Virus record (IMG/VR): IMGVR_UViG_3300020380_000001
Coordinates: 186,001 to 250,000 of that record
DNA: 64,000 bases
Reading direction: 5' to 3' (one strand)
The notes beneath the pieces were generated by a model, which had not been told where the DNA came from, ran no database searches, and saw nothing but the letters and a program-made list of their open reading frames with translations. Position 1 is the stretch's first letter. The number at the start of each line of letters is the position of its first letter. The position numbers and the translations under genes are program-made. Positions 14,713 to 25,254 of this stretch are shown in pieces.

Positions 14713-17700
14713 TTAGCCTCTATAATATTTCGGGTGCGCAATCTCTACCTGGAACTGAGGGTCTTGGTCAAAGAACTTAGTAAAGTAGTTATCCGGAATT
14801 GGCTTTTCAAACGTTGGTATCAAGTCATTGCCATCCTGCGGGATAACATCAGACTCAATTACAGGCCAATCAAACACAAACGTATCTGCACGGAATAAAA
14901 CTGTACTTTCTACTACAGGCATCACCCCGTAGCGCTGTATACCAGACTCAACCTTATCAAGCACCTGCGGCGCGTATTCAATAAGACCGTTCTCTGAAAC
15001 AATTCGTATAGAGTCACCGTATCTTATATCGTCTAGTGCTTCAGTAGGCCAATCAACCACGTCTACTTTTGCGTTGCCTATATCAATCCTTACAAGTACA
15101 CCATCTACCGGATCATGTTCTTGTGTTTGTATAGGATGCATCTGCTTGAGTGTTTCAGGCAGCCCGGTGATAGTTGACGTCGACGTTATTTTAACAATGT
15201 CAGGCACATAATAATGTGAATCAACTGCCAAGACATCAGCAGCATCTTCGAACCTTGCAGGTATCATGTCAGCGACAAACACATACGGACGACGGCCATC
15301 ATCGTCTATCATTTTGCCAACTACCGGTACATACTTGTCGTGCTCAGCAAGTACTGATCCAACCAAGTGACGTGCCCAGGGTTCTGCCTTCAGGTAATCA
15401 TCCACAGAAGCCGGTGCGACATCGTCTACTACATACGACACAGCCGACGCCGTGTGTACTGATTGTTTGTCGGTAATATAAGCCTTAACAACCCTGTCGA
15501 AAGATACGCCACTAATATCAAATACCGGCTTAACATCTAAATGATCAGGAACATCGTCTCTGTAGCCTGTTTTTATTGGTCCGGTGTCTACATGTATCTT
15601 AAACGGGTTGTACAGTAGGGCAATATTGTCGTGGTGGTACAGTGACTCAACAGGATATTGCTTGTCAGTAAGCACCCATTTATCGTCGAATATAGCCTCT
15701 GTCAAGCCCGGCACAGTTGTAACTTCGTGATCTATCTCATACAACGTGTGTTGGTATTGTTGATCTACCACATAGAACGTACCCTGAACATTGTCTGGCA
15801 CAGGCAATGTAGGATGAGTAAATGCCGCTTTCCCGTTTACAAGATAGTTATACTCAAACATCTTAATATTAAGGTGTTCCGGCATATGCTCCCAACCGTT
15901 ATAGTCAGGGTCATAGCCAAATAGAGTATCTATATCGCGTCGTATGTACTGATCCCAGATCGGCACAGATTCTGTCCACGGTGTACCTGCATACGGGTTC
16001 CATGCTTCTAGCGGGGTGCCAGGCATAGACACATGGGGATCAGTTACGTGGCCTACTAATAAGGGCTCTGCTTCGTATGCGTCAGATGTCAGGAAGTCGA
16101 AACCCCACTCAAGGATAGCAGGATCCGAGGCTCTATTGTTGATATCACCGTCACCAAATTCTGTGCTTAAAGTGTAACGCGTATTACGTGAAAGTTCCGG
16201 ACTAAACACCGCGCGATGTGCTGTGTTAGGTGTAGTCGGACGAACTCTGTCAAGTACTACCCCGTCACTGTCTTTTAGGACTAGCCACTTAATGTCATTC
16301 GGGTTGGTGAACACAGTGTTGCCTTTAGCGAACAACACGGTCAATCTTACTTCACGATCCTCGGTTTCAAATTCAATGTCTTCCGGGTACACACTAAACC
16401 CGTCAGGATCATCTAGCGAGTTCAATATAATGCCTGCGCCTGTTGACGTAGAGTAAAGCCTATTTGCATTTAATTCAGGAAGTGCGTCGTTGCCGTCGCT
16501 GTACTTGGCATCTTTAGTCCAACCTTTGAATTGGTGATCTAGCGTGTTAACCGGCGATGCTGCGTTACCACTTGCTGCGGCTAGTAATTCAGGCACTGTT
16601 AACGCCCAGTTATAAGCTGTGATATCCTGTACAACTAGGTTCGGGTTTATATTTGCCAAGCTACTCACCACACCCAATGACAGATGCTGCGTGCGCATCA
16701 TGCCCTGGTCAAGCGGCAATGTTGTTTCTTGGATGCAACGTTCGTTTACATACACTCGTATTAGGCCTCTATCATATACGATACTTATAAGAACTCGCTC
16801 GTTATACTTGGTTGCACTCCCCATCGCTGTGTGAATTCTATCAGCTGTATTCAGCTTTAACGAACCCTTATAAACGTCTTTTACGAAAGCACCGTCTGAC
16901 GAAACACCGTCACGCCATATGCCAACCGTTCTCGGGAATATGTCGTGTTCAGACGACACTCCCCACATAATGTCATGCTGTGCAAAAACGCCTATACCAC
17001 CGTCTTGCGCTGGGTTATCGGTTTCTTGCCATGCATTAGTCCTGATACTCAAAGTCCATTGATCGAATGTCTGCGGCGCTAGAGCACACGTATCTATACT
17101 ATACCATCCCGTAGGGTACATACCGTACGTGCCGTCAGGGAATTGGTACTTCGCAGGATCACCGTTATTACGTGAATCCAAGTCAGTGCGCTTAAAGCGT
17201 AATACATCATAATACGTGTTGTCCGGTGTATCGAAAGACACCATCATTGAGCGGGCTTTTTCCCTAGTATCCTGTCCAACTAACGGATGATTAATTACGA
17301 ATCGTCTTATAGTAATTTCAGTACTTGGTATCTGGCGCGGGTTATAAAACTCTAGCTCATATAAACCACTGTAAGGCACCTCTATATCATACCATTTAGA
17401 CTCTGTTTCAATAGCAGGGTCATATGCTGTGTCCGAGATAATTTTATCAGTTGTCAAATTACGTAGACGCAACGACATGTAATCAGTATTACCGTGTGTT
17501 GACTCTATATAAATACGCACTTTAGCAGGGCCGCTTGCTTGGAACTCTACGGTTTCGCCATGCGCAAAAAGTAAATCAGTTCTATCTGATTCAAAGTCAT
17601 ACGTGGCGTTTGTTAGATCACTAGTTGCCGATACTGCCGCTGAACGCACTGCTACATTAGATATACTAAGCAACTCACCACTTGGTGTAGTGGCGTCTGG

Positions 17701-20700
17701 TGTTCCGATAAAACTATCAAGAATATCCACCGCGTCTGCGCTGCCCATTTGGACAAACATCATGTCAGTGCCGTCAATCATTCTATCAAAAACGATAAAA
17801 TTAGATATCTTACCAGCATAATCGTACGACGACACAGGGAATATAATCGAATCCGGTGTCAGATACAATGCTTCGGGATTTACGTAGTCGCTAATCACAA
17901 GCCTGTTACCTACGTAAATTTTAATGTTATCGCCGCGTACTGAATACGTTAGCCATAATTCACCGTTAGCGTCTAAGTCACCGTCTTTAACCACTAGTAA
18001 ATCGTTACTAGCAACGCGCAAGTCAGTTCCGCCGAACAGTCTATTAGACCGTGCGTTAGTGGCGTCATTTGAAAACTTAGCAACCCACTCTTCTAGTTCT
18101 GAACCAGTGCCTTCTATATCAAACTTAGTTTGATTAGACTTGCCGACTTGCATAAAGTCGCGCACGTTGACAGTCGCGCCGACTGCTGTGTCTAGCTTTA
18201 ATACCACCGTATATTCGTCTAGTACATCGGTTAAGCCAAATGCAGACATCGCCATACTAGATCTATTAGCTAGCTCGCCAGGCGTCCAAGGGTATACTGA
18301 TCCATCTAGTGTCTTGGTACCGGCGGGCACTCCCAACCCAGTAGTTAAGTCAGTAACATATAACGACGAAGCTTCATTGTTAGCTAGATGCATAACACGT
18401 CGAGTAACACCTTTACCGGCGCCTAGAGACTCAATAACCATATCGTTTGTTTCATATACCAATATACTTTCTAATCTAGAATCGACATCGTAATCAAAGT
18501 CTTTAGACATGGAGAACTCATATGTACCGGCAGGCAGTAACACTGGCATTAACCAAGTGTCTCCACCTACATGCTTGAATGTAGGGTCAGCTTTGTCTGC
18601 CGTTGTCCATACTTCTCCCGTTGCTATATTCTCTATGTTAACAGGCGCGTGATACTCGTCTTCTGCGTTCCACACAATTTGCATATACGACGGCTCGTCT
18701 AATTTATACCGCTGTGTGCCGAATTTAAGTCTTGCATCAGTCTCCAGAACAGCGCCGTGGAATTGGGTTGATCGCTCTATTCCGAACTCGCAGCGCCACA
18801 CGCGTTCCATATTGAACCATCTACGACCGACAAAGTTATAATCACCCCAAGAACCAGTCGCATTAGAACGTGTTAGATTTTTCATGTAGCCGTCGTAAAC
18901 AGGGTTCATGGCGTACCCGTTAAGACCGTCTTCTAAAACGTCTCCTGCAGGGATTCTATAAAACTGTACACCGCGCGGGACACCAGTACGAGGATGGCTG
19001 AAGTCATCATAAAAGCCAGCACGAGCTCGAATAGCGTGAACCTCAACAGGGTCATCTGTTTTAAATTCAATAACGAAGTACCCAGGATATAAGTACTGCT
19101 CTTGATAATATGCGCGTCTACTCAACATAGCAGCGTTAAGACTGTCAGTTGGCTCCATAAATCCGTCATGTATATTTGGTCCTACCCAAGGACCTGTTTT
19201 CAAGTAATTATTAGAATCGCGCGGTATGGAACTGCCGCCAGCCGCTAATGGGTTGCCTTTATATCCATATGCCAACGGACTTCCTAAAAAGTTAGGAAAC
19301 TTCCCAGGTAGTTTCTGTGTAAATCCTGTCGAATTAGGGTCATCTAAGGCCGATTCAATTAAACTAATGGTATACGGAATAGGGTCGCCGTTCTTATCAT
19401 AGAACGTAATCTCTCCCAAGACCGCGCCCGAGTTATAAAAGTTCCACCAATAGTGCCCTGCATCGTTGGTCTCTTCCCACGTAGGCTTAAGTTCAGGTAC
19501 GTCATTAACAGACGGGATAGTGGGCATCGGGCCAGGGTTAGGATTAGTAGACGGATTAGCATCGTAGGCGTCTTTTGCAATCTGCCATTCGGCTTGTAAC
19601 CGTGCTTCCTCTGCCTGTCTGCGATTCTCCCATTCAGCAGCATGCCATGCGTTGGCTAACGATCTCGCACGCTGCACCGCAGACGATGACCCGTTACGAG
19701 TAACGTCCTCTACGTAAAACGGTTTCTCTACGCCGATAACCATGTACTTTGCGGTGAACACATTTGATTCGTTATAAGACAGTCTATTCCTACGGATCTG
19801 ATTTCTGTACAGTTCGTTATCAGCGTCATACGGCCATCCGGAATCTAACTTGTTTACATCATCACCAAGTACGCTATCGCCCTGCGTGGCTTTCCTAGTA
19901 TTATACCAGTTGTTTACCATGCCGATATACTGGAAGTTGCCGCCTTGTGTATCCTGCCCGCCTGTTACTCGTTTAGCTGTGACGATCTTACCGTTCTCCG
20001 TAACAGAAACAAAGTTAAAGCCGCCGTCGTGGTGTAGTGCACCGAGGCGTTCTAGATAAAAAGCATCGCTCAATATAGTGGGATTAGCAAACGTAAAGCG
20101 CAACCCATCTGTTATGTCTATTTCACGAGTAACAGTGTAAAAGCCTTCACCGCCGCCGTTGTATAAGACATCTTCGGCAGAGTACCCAGCGTATTGATCT
20201 GAAACCCATCCGTCACTTAAACTCACAGTAAGGTTATCAAACACACTAACCTGCGAACCGGACGTAACTAACGTACCGTAATCAAATACGTTGCCCTGCG
20301 CGTCGAGGAATCCCCAAGATCCGATAAATGCATCCGACGGGCTACTTGATGTTGCGAAGCCAGTTACTGCGATATTCTTTATAGCGACAACGTTATCGGC
20401 AGGTTCAAAATACGACACAGATCTACCGGAGAAATATTCAAACGGTGCGTACAAAAGGTCTTCTTTAGCCATGCGCAGACGTGCGCCCCAACCCGGCGGA
20501 AGTGTAACCGCAGGAGCCAAAAGTCCGGTAGTCAAGGCCCCGTCTTCTAGTATAGTACTGTATCCAGAATCATAGCCGTTTTTGGCTATCAATACCTGGT
20601 TGGTAGAGGCGTCTACTAAAAACTGTATGACGTCGCCTTTATAAAAGCCAGGAACATCAAATGTCGTGTTAGCTACTGAGCCGTTACTATAGACAGAGTT

Positions 20701-21123
20701 AGTTCGTGAATCATAACCTACACTCACTAAGCCTTGATCAAACTGCTTGTCGCCTAATGCGTAAACGTTTATTCTACGATCATTAAGGATGCCTATATCA
20801 GCTAGGCCAACACGCGCTGACCATTCATCGACTGAGTTTTCCGGGTAGGCTTCTGCGTCAGTAATTTCTATTTCAAAATAGAACAGTTTATTGGTTTTAA
20901 AGTCAAGCACTGTATCAGCTAGAACCATGCCGAAGCTTTGTTCAATTAACTCTAACTGAGGTGCACTACCGTAACTCACATACGGATCAGAGTATGTGTT
21001 CATTACAGACTCTTGGTCTTCCGATATAACAAATCTAGACTGCTTGGCATGCCTTGGTACTGAATCAGGATTAAAGCCAGGCTTTAGTGTAGAAGTGCTA
21101 TGCGGTATTTTTAACTGTGCCAT
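14713..21123 (-). CDS. giant virion structural/tail protein with N-terminal SPRY-like and LamG-like domains
   Basis: 2136 aa; YFEIEI..VGL...SVGY...GDVIQFLVD...KNG SPRY pattern; IKIYVGNRLV and IRVYVNERCI LamG-like strands; CTAAATAT upstream. Confidence 0.75.
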   Translation of the reverse strand: MAQLKIPHSTSTLKPGFNPDSVPRHAKQSRFVISEDQESVMNTYSDPYVSYGSAPQLELIEQSFGMVLADTVLDFKTNKLFYFEIEITDAEAYPENSVDEWSARVGLADIGILNDRRINVYALGDKQFDQGLVSVGYDSRTNSVYSNGSVANTTFDVPGFYKGDVIQFLVDASTNQVLIAKNGYDSGYSTILEDGALTTGLLAPAVTLPPGWGARLRMAKEDLLYAPFEYFSGRSVSYFEPADNVVAIKNIAVTGFATSSSPSDAFIGSWGFLDAQGNVFDYGTLVTSGSQVSVFDNLTVSLSDGWVSDQYAGYSAEDVLYNGGGEGFYTVTREIDITDGLRFTFANPTILSDAFYLERLGALHHDGGFNFVSVTENGKIVTAKRVTGGQDTQGGNFQYIGMVNNWYNTRKATQGDSVLGDDVNKLDSGWPYDADNELYRNQIRRNRLSYNESNVFTAKYMVIGVEKPFYVEDVTRNGSSSAVQRARSLANAWHAAEWENRRQAEEARLQAEWQIAKDAYDANPSTNPNPGPMPTIPSVNDVPELKPTWEETNDAGHYWWNFYNSGAVLGEITFYDKNGDPIPYTISLIESALDDPNSTGFTQKLPGKFPNFLGSPLAYGYKGNPLAAGGSSIPRDSNNYLKTGPWVGPNIHDGFMEPTDSLNAAMLSRRAYYQEQYLYPGYFVIEFKTDDPVEVHAIRARAGFYDDFSHPRTGVPRGVQFYRIPAGDVLEDGLNGYAMNPVYDGYMKNLTRSNATGSWGDYNFVGRRWFNMERVWRCEFGIERSTQFHGAVLETDARLKFGTQRYKLDEPSYMQIVWNAEDEYHAPVNIENIATGEVWTTADKADPTFKHVGGDTWLMPVLLPAGTYEFSMSKDFDYDVDSRLESILVYETNDMVIESLGAGKGVTRRVMHLANNEASSLYVTDLTTGLGVPAGTKTLDGSVYPWTPGELANRSSMAMSAFGLTDVLDEYTVVLKLDTAVGATVNVRDFMQVGKSNQTKFDIEGTGSELEEWVAKFSNDATNARSNRLFGGTDLRVASNDLLVVKDGDLDANGELWLTYSVRGDNIKIYVGNRLVISDYVNPEALYLTPDSIIFPVSSYDYAGKISNFIVFDRMIDGTDMMFVQMGSADAVDILDSFIGTPDATTPSGELLSISNVAVRSAAVSATSDLTNATYDFESDRTDLLFAHGETVEFQASGPAKVRIYIESTHGNTDYMSLRLRNLTTDKIISDTAYDPAIETESKWYDIEVPYSGLYELEFYNPRQIPSTEITIRRFVINHPLVGQDTREKARSMMVSFDTPDNTYYDVLRFKRTDLDSRNNGDPAKYQFPDGTYGMYPTGWYSIDTCALAPQTFDQWTLSIRTNAWQETDNPAQDGGIGVFAQHDIMWGVSSEHDIFPRTVGIWRDGVSSDGAFVKDVYKGSLKLNTADRIHTAMGSATKYNERVLISIVYDRGLIRVYVNERCIQETTLPLDQGMMRTQHLSLGVVSSLANINPNLVVQDITAYNWALTVPELLAAASGNAASPVNTLDHQFKGWTKDAKYSDGNDALPELNANRLYSTSTGAGIILNSLDDPDGFSVYPEDIEFETEDREVRLTVLFAKGNTVFTNPNDIKWLVLKDSDGVVLDRVRPTTPNTAHRAVFSPELSRNTRYTLSTEFGDGDINNRASDPAILEWGFDFLTSDAYEAEPLLVGHVTDPHVSMPGTPLEAWNPYAGTPWTESVPIWDQYIRRDIDTLFGYDPDYNGWEHMPEHLNIKMFEYNYLVNGKAAFTHPTLPVPDNVQGTFYVVDQQYQHTLYEIDHEVTTVPGLTEAIFDDKWVLTDKQYPVESLYHHDNIALLYNPFKIHVDTGPIKTGYRDDVPDHLDVKPVFDISGVSFDRVVKAYITDKQSVHTASAVSYVVDDVAPASVDDYLKAEPWARHLVGSVLAEHDKYVPVVGKMIDDDGRRPYVFVADMIPARFEDAADVLAVDSHYYVPDIVKITSTSTITGLPETLKQMHPIQTQEHDPVDGVLVRIDIGNAKVDVVDWPTEALDDIRYGDSIRIVSENGLIEYAPQVLDKVESGIQRYGVMPVVESTVLFRADTFVFDWPVIESDVIPQDGNDLIPTFEKPIPDNYFTKFFDQDPQFQVEIAHPKYYRG

Positions 21124-21171
21124 TAATTTACCTATTTATATTTTAATAATATTTAGTTTGACAGCCAGACA

Positions 21172-21199
21172 TAAAAAAAGCGCCCGTAGGCGCTTTTTT
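21172..21199. terminator. bidirectional terminator
   Basis: AAAAAAAGCGCCCGTAGGCGCTTTTTT; its core is the exact reverse complement of 24703..24726. Confidence 0.85.
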
Positions 21200-21211
21200 A
21201 CGTTTTACACA

Positions 21212-22651
21212 TTAGCCGTCGATTATAGCTAAACGGTAACCAGGGTTACCGGCTGTATCAGTTTCATATGCCCAGATACGATAGTCTTGGTTGTTAACCG
21301 TCAACGCGTGGTGAGTTTGACCAACACCTGACGTAAGCAAGTAAACACCAGTGCCTGAACTAATATCGCCACCGAAGTGGCCTAGTCCAATGTTGTGTGC
21401 GCCGAACGGAATTAAGATTGGCTGATATGCCAAGCTCGCGTCTAAGTGCAAGTTAACATCTAGTCCTAGTGCGCCAACAATATCGTTAGGATCAGTAATA
21501 CGAGGACCAACGCCGCCAGATGCAGTACCGTATGACGGGGAGGCACCGCCCAGCGTAGACAATTGCATCATACAGTAGTCAACACTCGAGTCGATGTTAT
21601 ACTCGCTGAAGTCGTTGATACACTTGAAGTAATCATAGCGCTCGAACGATGTGCCGATATTTTTCAAGTTAGGCATAGAGTCAAACTTAAAGAAAGGCAT
21701 AACTGATGGGCCGCCTCCGCCGCCAAGGCTGTTAGTAAGCATTTCAGTCGAAATAGGAACAGTAGTAAACACATAAGGGTCATACGCGTTTTCAACGGTG
21801 TCCCATGGACTTAGGCGAGTATGTTCGAATAAGAACGGAGAACCAGAGCTTGTAGACAAGTTATTGTAAAACGACTGGAAGCCTACGTGACGATCAGACG
21901 CCGTGATAAGAAGCATTGTCTCACCTTGCGCTTGTTTAAAAGCGAAGCTGATTTGTTCTTTATGTAGACGCCAGTTAGCACTGTTATTCAAGTCTTCAGC
22001 ACGCGGCACACCTGCGCCGTTGTTATACGGGTTATAAAGACCGTTATTAATTGCTTTGTTTGCACCCGTAGAGAATACCATGTTGTGGTATGCCGGGTAA
22101 AGTTCGCCGTTAAGACCGTGCACTGCCGGATCAGGTGTAGCGCCTACGGCTGCCCACTGTGGTCCGTTTACTGCAAGAGTTGCGTCGTCTACATGAGCGT
22201 GGAAGCGTACTAATACACAACGGTCCATACGTACTGTACGAACACCAGTTCCGTTTTCGTCAAGCGTTGCCATGCCTTCTACTGTAGAAGAGCCCGGGTT
22301 AGCGTTAGCGAAGAAATCCCATGAAATACCTTCGCCAGACGGATCGCCAGGAAGGATCCCTAGTCCAGGAAGCTTTTGTGGGATGAACAGTTCCATATAA
22401 CGGAAGCGTGTTGGATCATCAGTCATTGGCTGTTTAAGGAACACGCTCTTGTCAGCGCCAGCACTGTTCTGTAACCTGCCTTGCTCTACCCAGTTAGACG
22501 TTGTAACAGTGGTACTGATATAACTATCATCTGGTTGGATACGAGCGCTTAAGGTCGCAATGTTAGTTTCACCAGTCAATACACTGGCAATGTCGTTCAT
22601 TACATCTACTGGATCGACATTTTCAATGTCATAGTGTAGAGCTGCGTACAT
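21212..22651 (-). CDS. putative virion structural protein
   Basis: 479 aa, Gly/Asn/Thr-rich, highly biased codons, TAAATA upstream. Confidence 0.7.
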   Translation of the reverse strand: MYAALHYDIENVDPVDVMNDIASVLTGETNIATLSARIQPDDSYISTTVTTSNWVEQGRLQNSAGADKSVFLKQPMTDDPTRFRYMELFIPQKLPGLGILPGDPSGEGISWDFFANANPGSSTVEGMATLDENGTGVRTVRMDRCVLVRFHAHVDDATLAVNGPQWAAVGATPDPAVHGLNGELYPAYHNMVFSTGANKAINNGLYNPYNNGAGVPRAEDLNNSANWRLHKEQISFAFKQAQGETMLLITASDRHVGFQSFYNNLSTSSGSPFLFEHTRLSPWDTVENAYDPYVFTTVPISTEMLTNSLGGGGGPSVMPFFKFDSMPNLKNIGTSFERYDYFKCINDFSEYNIDSSVDYCMMQLSTLGGASPSYGTASGGVGPRITDPNDIVGALGLDVNLHLDASLAYQPILIPFGAHNIGLGHFGGDISSGTGVYLLTSGVGQTHHALTVNNQDYRIWAYETDTAGNPGYRLAIIDG

Positions 22652-22707
22652 TTTATAAATTCTCCTTGATCAAGAAATCTTATTTCTTATTATTTAGTGG
22701 ACCGCTA

Positions 22708-23988
22708 TCACAGGACTAGTGTTTCTAAGTTCTTCTTAGTAGACACTTCAGGGTCATCGTATAGCTGCGAACTGCGGTTATCGCCAGCTACAACATATTC
22801 GATTTCCTGTCCTACTTGCCTGCGTATTATTGTATGGGTTGCGCTGGTGTCAAAATCAACAACATCACTTAATATTAATGTAGGCGACAGTATTGTCGTT
22901 TCGCCCCCAGCGTCATTAGTGTCACTAGCTACGCCCATCTGTTCGTATCCATTAAAGCCAAAACCCCATAGCTCACCACTATCATATAACACCAATGTAT
23001 GGCTTGAGCCGCATTTTACTTTTACTGGGATACCAGTAGCGCCAATGTTAACCAATACAGGCGTGTCAGTGGCATCATGTGTTAAGAAGGTAGGTGCTGT
23101 TATGTCACCTAGCTGTCCGTAGTAATTGTGGCCGAGCGCATAAAGATCACCGTCTTTGATATAGACAGTATGTGCACCGCCGCATGCTATCTCGTCAACA
23201 CCAGTATCTAGTAATACAGGGTCAGCGTTTTGTGATGCAGTGCCAGTCGGGTATACCGTGCCTACTTGTCCGTAGCGATTATAACCTAATACCATTAAAT
23301 CGCCGGCATTGGTGATATAAGCGCCGTGGTAATAGCCTAGGCTTACTTTGTCCGGGTTGACGTCTATAATGTTAGTCTGCATAGTAAAGACAGCACGGTA
23401 AGATGAACCATAAAAACCCACTTGGCCTGATTCGTTGGCGCCAGCTGTCCATACGTTACCGTCAAAATCCATTACCCATGAATAATAGCCGCCTGCCCAA
23501 GCACGCATAACATTTCGTTTTAGAGGGCCTCCTGTTTCTTTAGTAGTAACCGTATTGTAACGAGAGTCAGAGTAACCAAGTTGCCCTTGTCTGTTACTTC
23601 CCATTACATACAACGCGCCGTTACTAGTCAACAAAAGCGCATGTTTAACACCGGTGGATATGTCTAATACTTTTTGTGCTTTGCCGGCGAAGTAGTTGTT
23701 ATCCCTGTCTAAGAGACCCCAACTAGCGTAGTCTGGATTATCTTCAGTGCCGGTGTCCGTAATCCCTGCTTCTTCGTTTTCGTTGGCGTACTGTAATCCA
23801 AGTTGCCCGTACGTGTTGTCACCGCTTACATGTAGTACGCCTGTTTCGGGGTCTAGTATGATACTGAATGCGCGGCTTACACCGTAAAGGCTAATTATGT
23901 CAGTAAGCTTTGCGTTATTATTAGCAGGGGATCCTATTAACACGCCACCAGAAAATACTTGGGAGCCTGTTAGGGTGATTAAAGCCAT
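22708..23988 (-). CDS. RCC1-repeat beta-propeller protein
   Basis: Repeated G..H.......G.LY..G.N.YGQLG units. Confidence 0.9.
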   Translation of the reverse strand: MALITLTGSQVFSGGVLIGSPANNNAKLTDIISLYGVSRAFSIILDPETGVLHVSGDNTYGQLGLQYANENEEAGITDTGTEDNPDYASWGLLDRDNNYFAGKAQKVLDISTGVKHALLLTSNGALYVMGSNRQGQLGYSDSRYNTVTTKETGGPLKRNVMRAWAGGYYSWVMDFDGNVWTAGANESGQVGFYGSSYRAVFTMQTNIIDVNPDKVSLGYYHGAYITNAGDLMVLGYNRYGQVGTVYPTGTASQNADPVLLDTGVDEIACGGAHTVYIKDGDLYALGHNYYGQLGDITAPTFLTHDATDTPVLVNIGATGIPVKVKCGSSHTLVLYDSGELWGFGFNGYEQMGVASDTNDAGGETTILSPTLILSDVVDFDTSATHTIIRRQVGQEIEYVVAGDNRSSQLYDDPEVSTKKNLETLVL

Positions 23989-24410
23989 TAGTCCTCCTGT
24001 GACTCTTTGGCTTCGTCTTGCATAATAGCAGAAACGAACTTAGTGAATACTCGGTCAACGTAACGTTCAATCTCACTAGTCACAATCGGCTTAAGGATAT
24101 ACTTGTCAACAGGCCATTTAGCAAACTCTTCTACTATGTTCCTGTCATAATATGACGTGCATACTGCGACATGAGCGTCTGTTTTCTTTTCAGTGAACAT
24201 GTACTCTAATGTCTTTAACCCGCTGTCCTGCGAGTCTAAACAAATGTCCTGGAATATGAGGTGATAGCTCATTAAGTCTAATAAATTGATAGCGTTCTCC
24301 AAGTCATACGCCTGCATAACATTAGCATTACTACCTAAGGTTTTTTCGACAGCCAGCTTAATAATCTCGCTAGTGACACGACAATCTTCTATTATAAGCA
24401 CTTTAAACAT
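23988..24410 (-). CDS. stand-alone response regulator receiver (CheY-like)
   Basis: VLIIED acidic pocket, LIFQD phosphoacceptor, VCTS Thr, ILKP Lys. Confidence 0.85.
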   Translation of the reverse strand: MFKVLIIEDCRVTSEIIKLAVEKTLGSNANVMQAYDLENAINLLDLMSYHLIFQDICLDSQDSGLKTLEYMFTEKKTDAHVAVCTSYYDRNIVEEFAKWPVDKYILKPIVTSEIERYVDRVFTKFVSAIMQDEAKESQED

Positions 24411-24480
24411 GATTAATCCTCCAGGACAGTAATAGAGATTGGACCGTCCGTTGTTTAAGATTATTTAGTTGTAAAACTTC

Positions 24481-24508
24481 TTGACATGTTTGAATATGAA
24501 ACTAATAT
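24481..24508 (+). promoter_or_regulatory. sigma70 promoter
   Basis: TTGACA-16-TAATAT. Confidence 0.7.
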
Positions 24509-24542
24509 TAACAGCGACACAGACAAACAAGAGTAAATACTT

Positions 24543-24686
24543 ATGCAACGTGATTATATCAACATGTATCAACAAGAAGAGAAAGGCATGTCAAACGAAA
24601 CAAAGTCCACAATTAAGTGGGCACTTGCTGCGTTAGTATGTACGTTCATTGTTGTATGGATGGCAGCGCCATACTTGTTAGCGTAA
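24543..24686 (+). CDS. small membrane protein (47 aa)
   Basis: Read by hand: MQRDYINMYQQEEKG...WALAALVCTFIVVWMAAPYLLA; has its own promoter and terminator. Confidence 0.7.
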   Translation: MQRDYINMYQQEEKGMSNETKSTIKWALAALVCTFIVVWMAAPYLLA

Positions 24687-24702
24687 TAAAAGTTTTTGAA
24701 AC

Positions 24703-24726
24703 AAAAGCGCCTACGGGCGCTTTTTT
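24703..24726. terminator. intrinsic terminator
   Basis: AAAAGCGCCTACGGGCGCTTTTTT. Confidence 0.85.
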
Positions 24727-24740
24727 ATTGCCTGAAATAA

Positions 24741-24843
24741 TTGAAATTATTTTCAAATAGGTATTGTGTTTGAGTGTCATTTTGCTATTATAACGATGTA
24801 GGGCAATTACGCACTACACAGACAAACAAAGGTATAAATTATG
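24741..24843 (+). repeat. promoter-leader cassette, copy 3 (diverged)
   Basis: AAATTATTTTCAAA..TTGTGTTTGAGTGTCATTTGCTATTAT..AAACAAAGGTA..AAATTATG. Confidence 0.7.
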
Positions 24844-25254
24844 AATACAACTACTATTAAAGTTTTACAAATCCAACTTAGCGACGAAATGTACAACAAA
24901 GTAAACGCTGGTGAATTTGTTCCAGAGTTCATGCTTAAGCGTGATATGGGCTTTGACGGCTCTGAGCGTTGGAAGCCAGAAAACATCAATTCTTATACAC
25001 ATGTTGCTGACGTAGTTGTTGAAGAGCGCGACGAAGAGCTCATGTTGAATGACGCAATGGCGAAAACTCAAGACTTAGGCAACTATGGCAAAACAGTTCA
25101 TCCAATTTTGCCAAAGCGTGTTGTCGTTATTGATGGCAAAACACACGAGTTCAACAACATGGAAACACCGAGCTCAGGCACTGTGTTTATCGTAAACGGC
25201 AACTACTACTTAACAGAATTTATTGGCTTCAAAAAAGTTACTGTTAGTCAGTAG
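24841..25254 (+). CDS. hypothetical early protein
   Basis: 137-aa ORF behind the cassette. Confidence 0.75.
   Translation: MNTTTIKVLQIQLSDEMYNKVNAGEFVPEFMLKRDMGFDGSERWKPENINSYTHVADVVVEERDEELMLNDAMAKTQDLGNYGKTVHPILPKRVVVIDGKTHEFNNMETPSSGTVFIVNGNYYLTEFIGFKKVTVSQ

Noticed and set aside
21172-24726. Inverted identical terminators as ends of an invertible or mobile element
   Set aside because: A 22-bp bidirectional terminator core; no recombinase; gene orientation inside matches the flanks.
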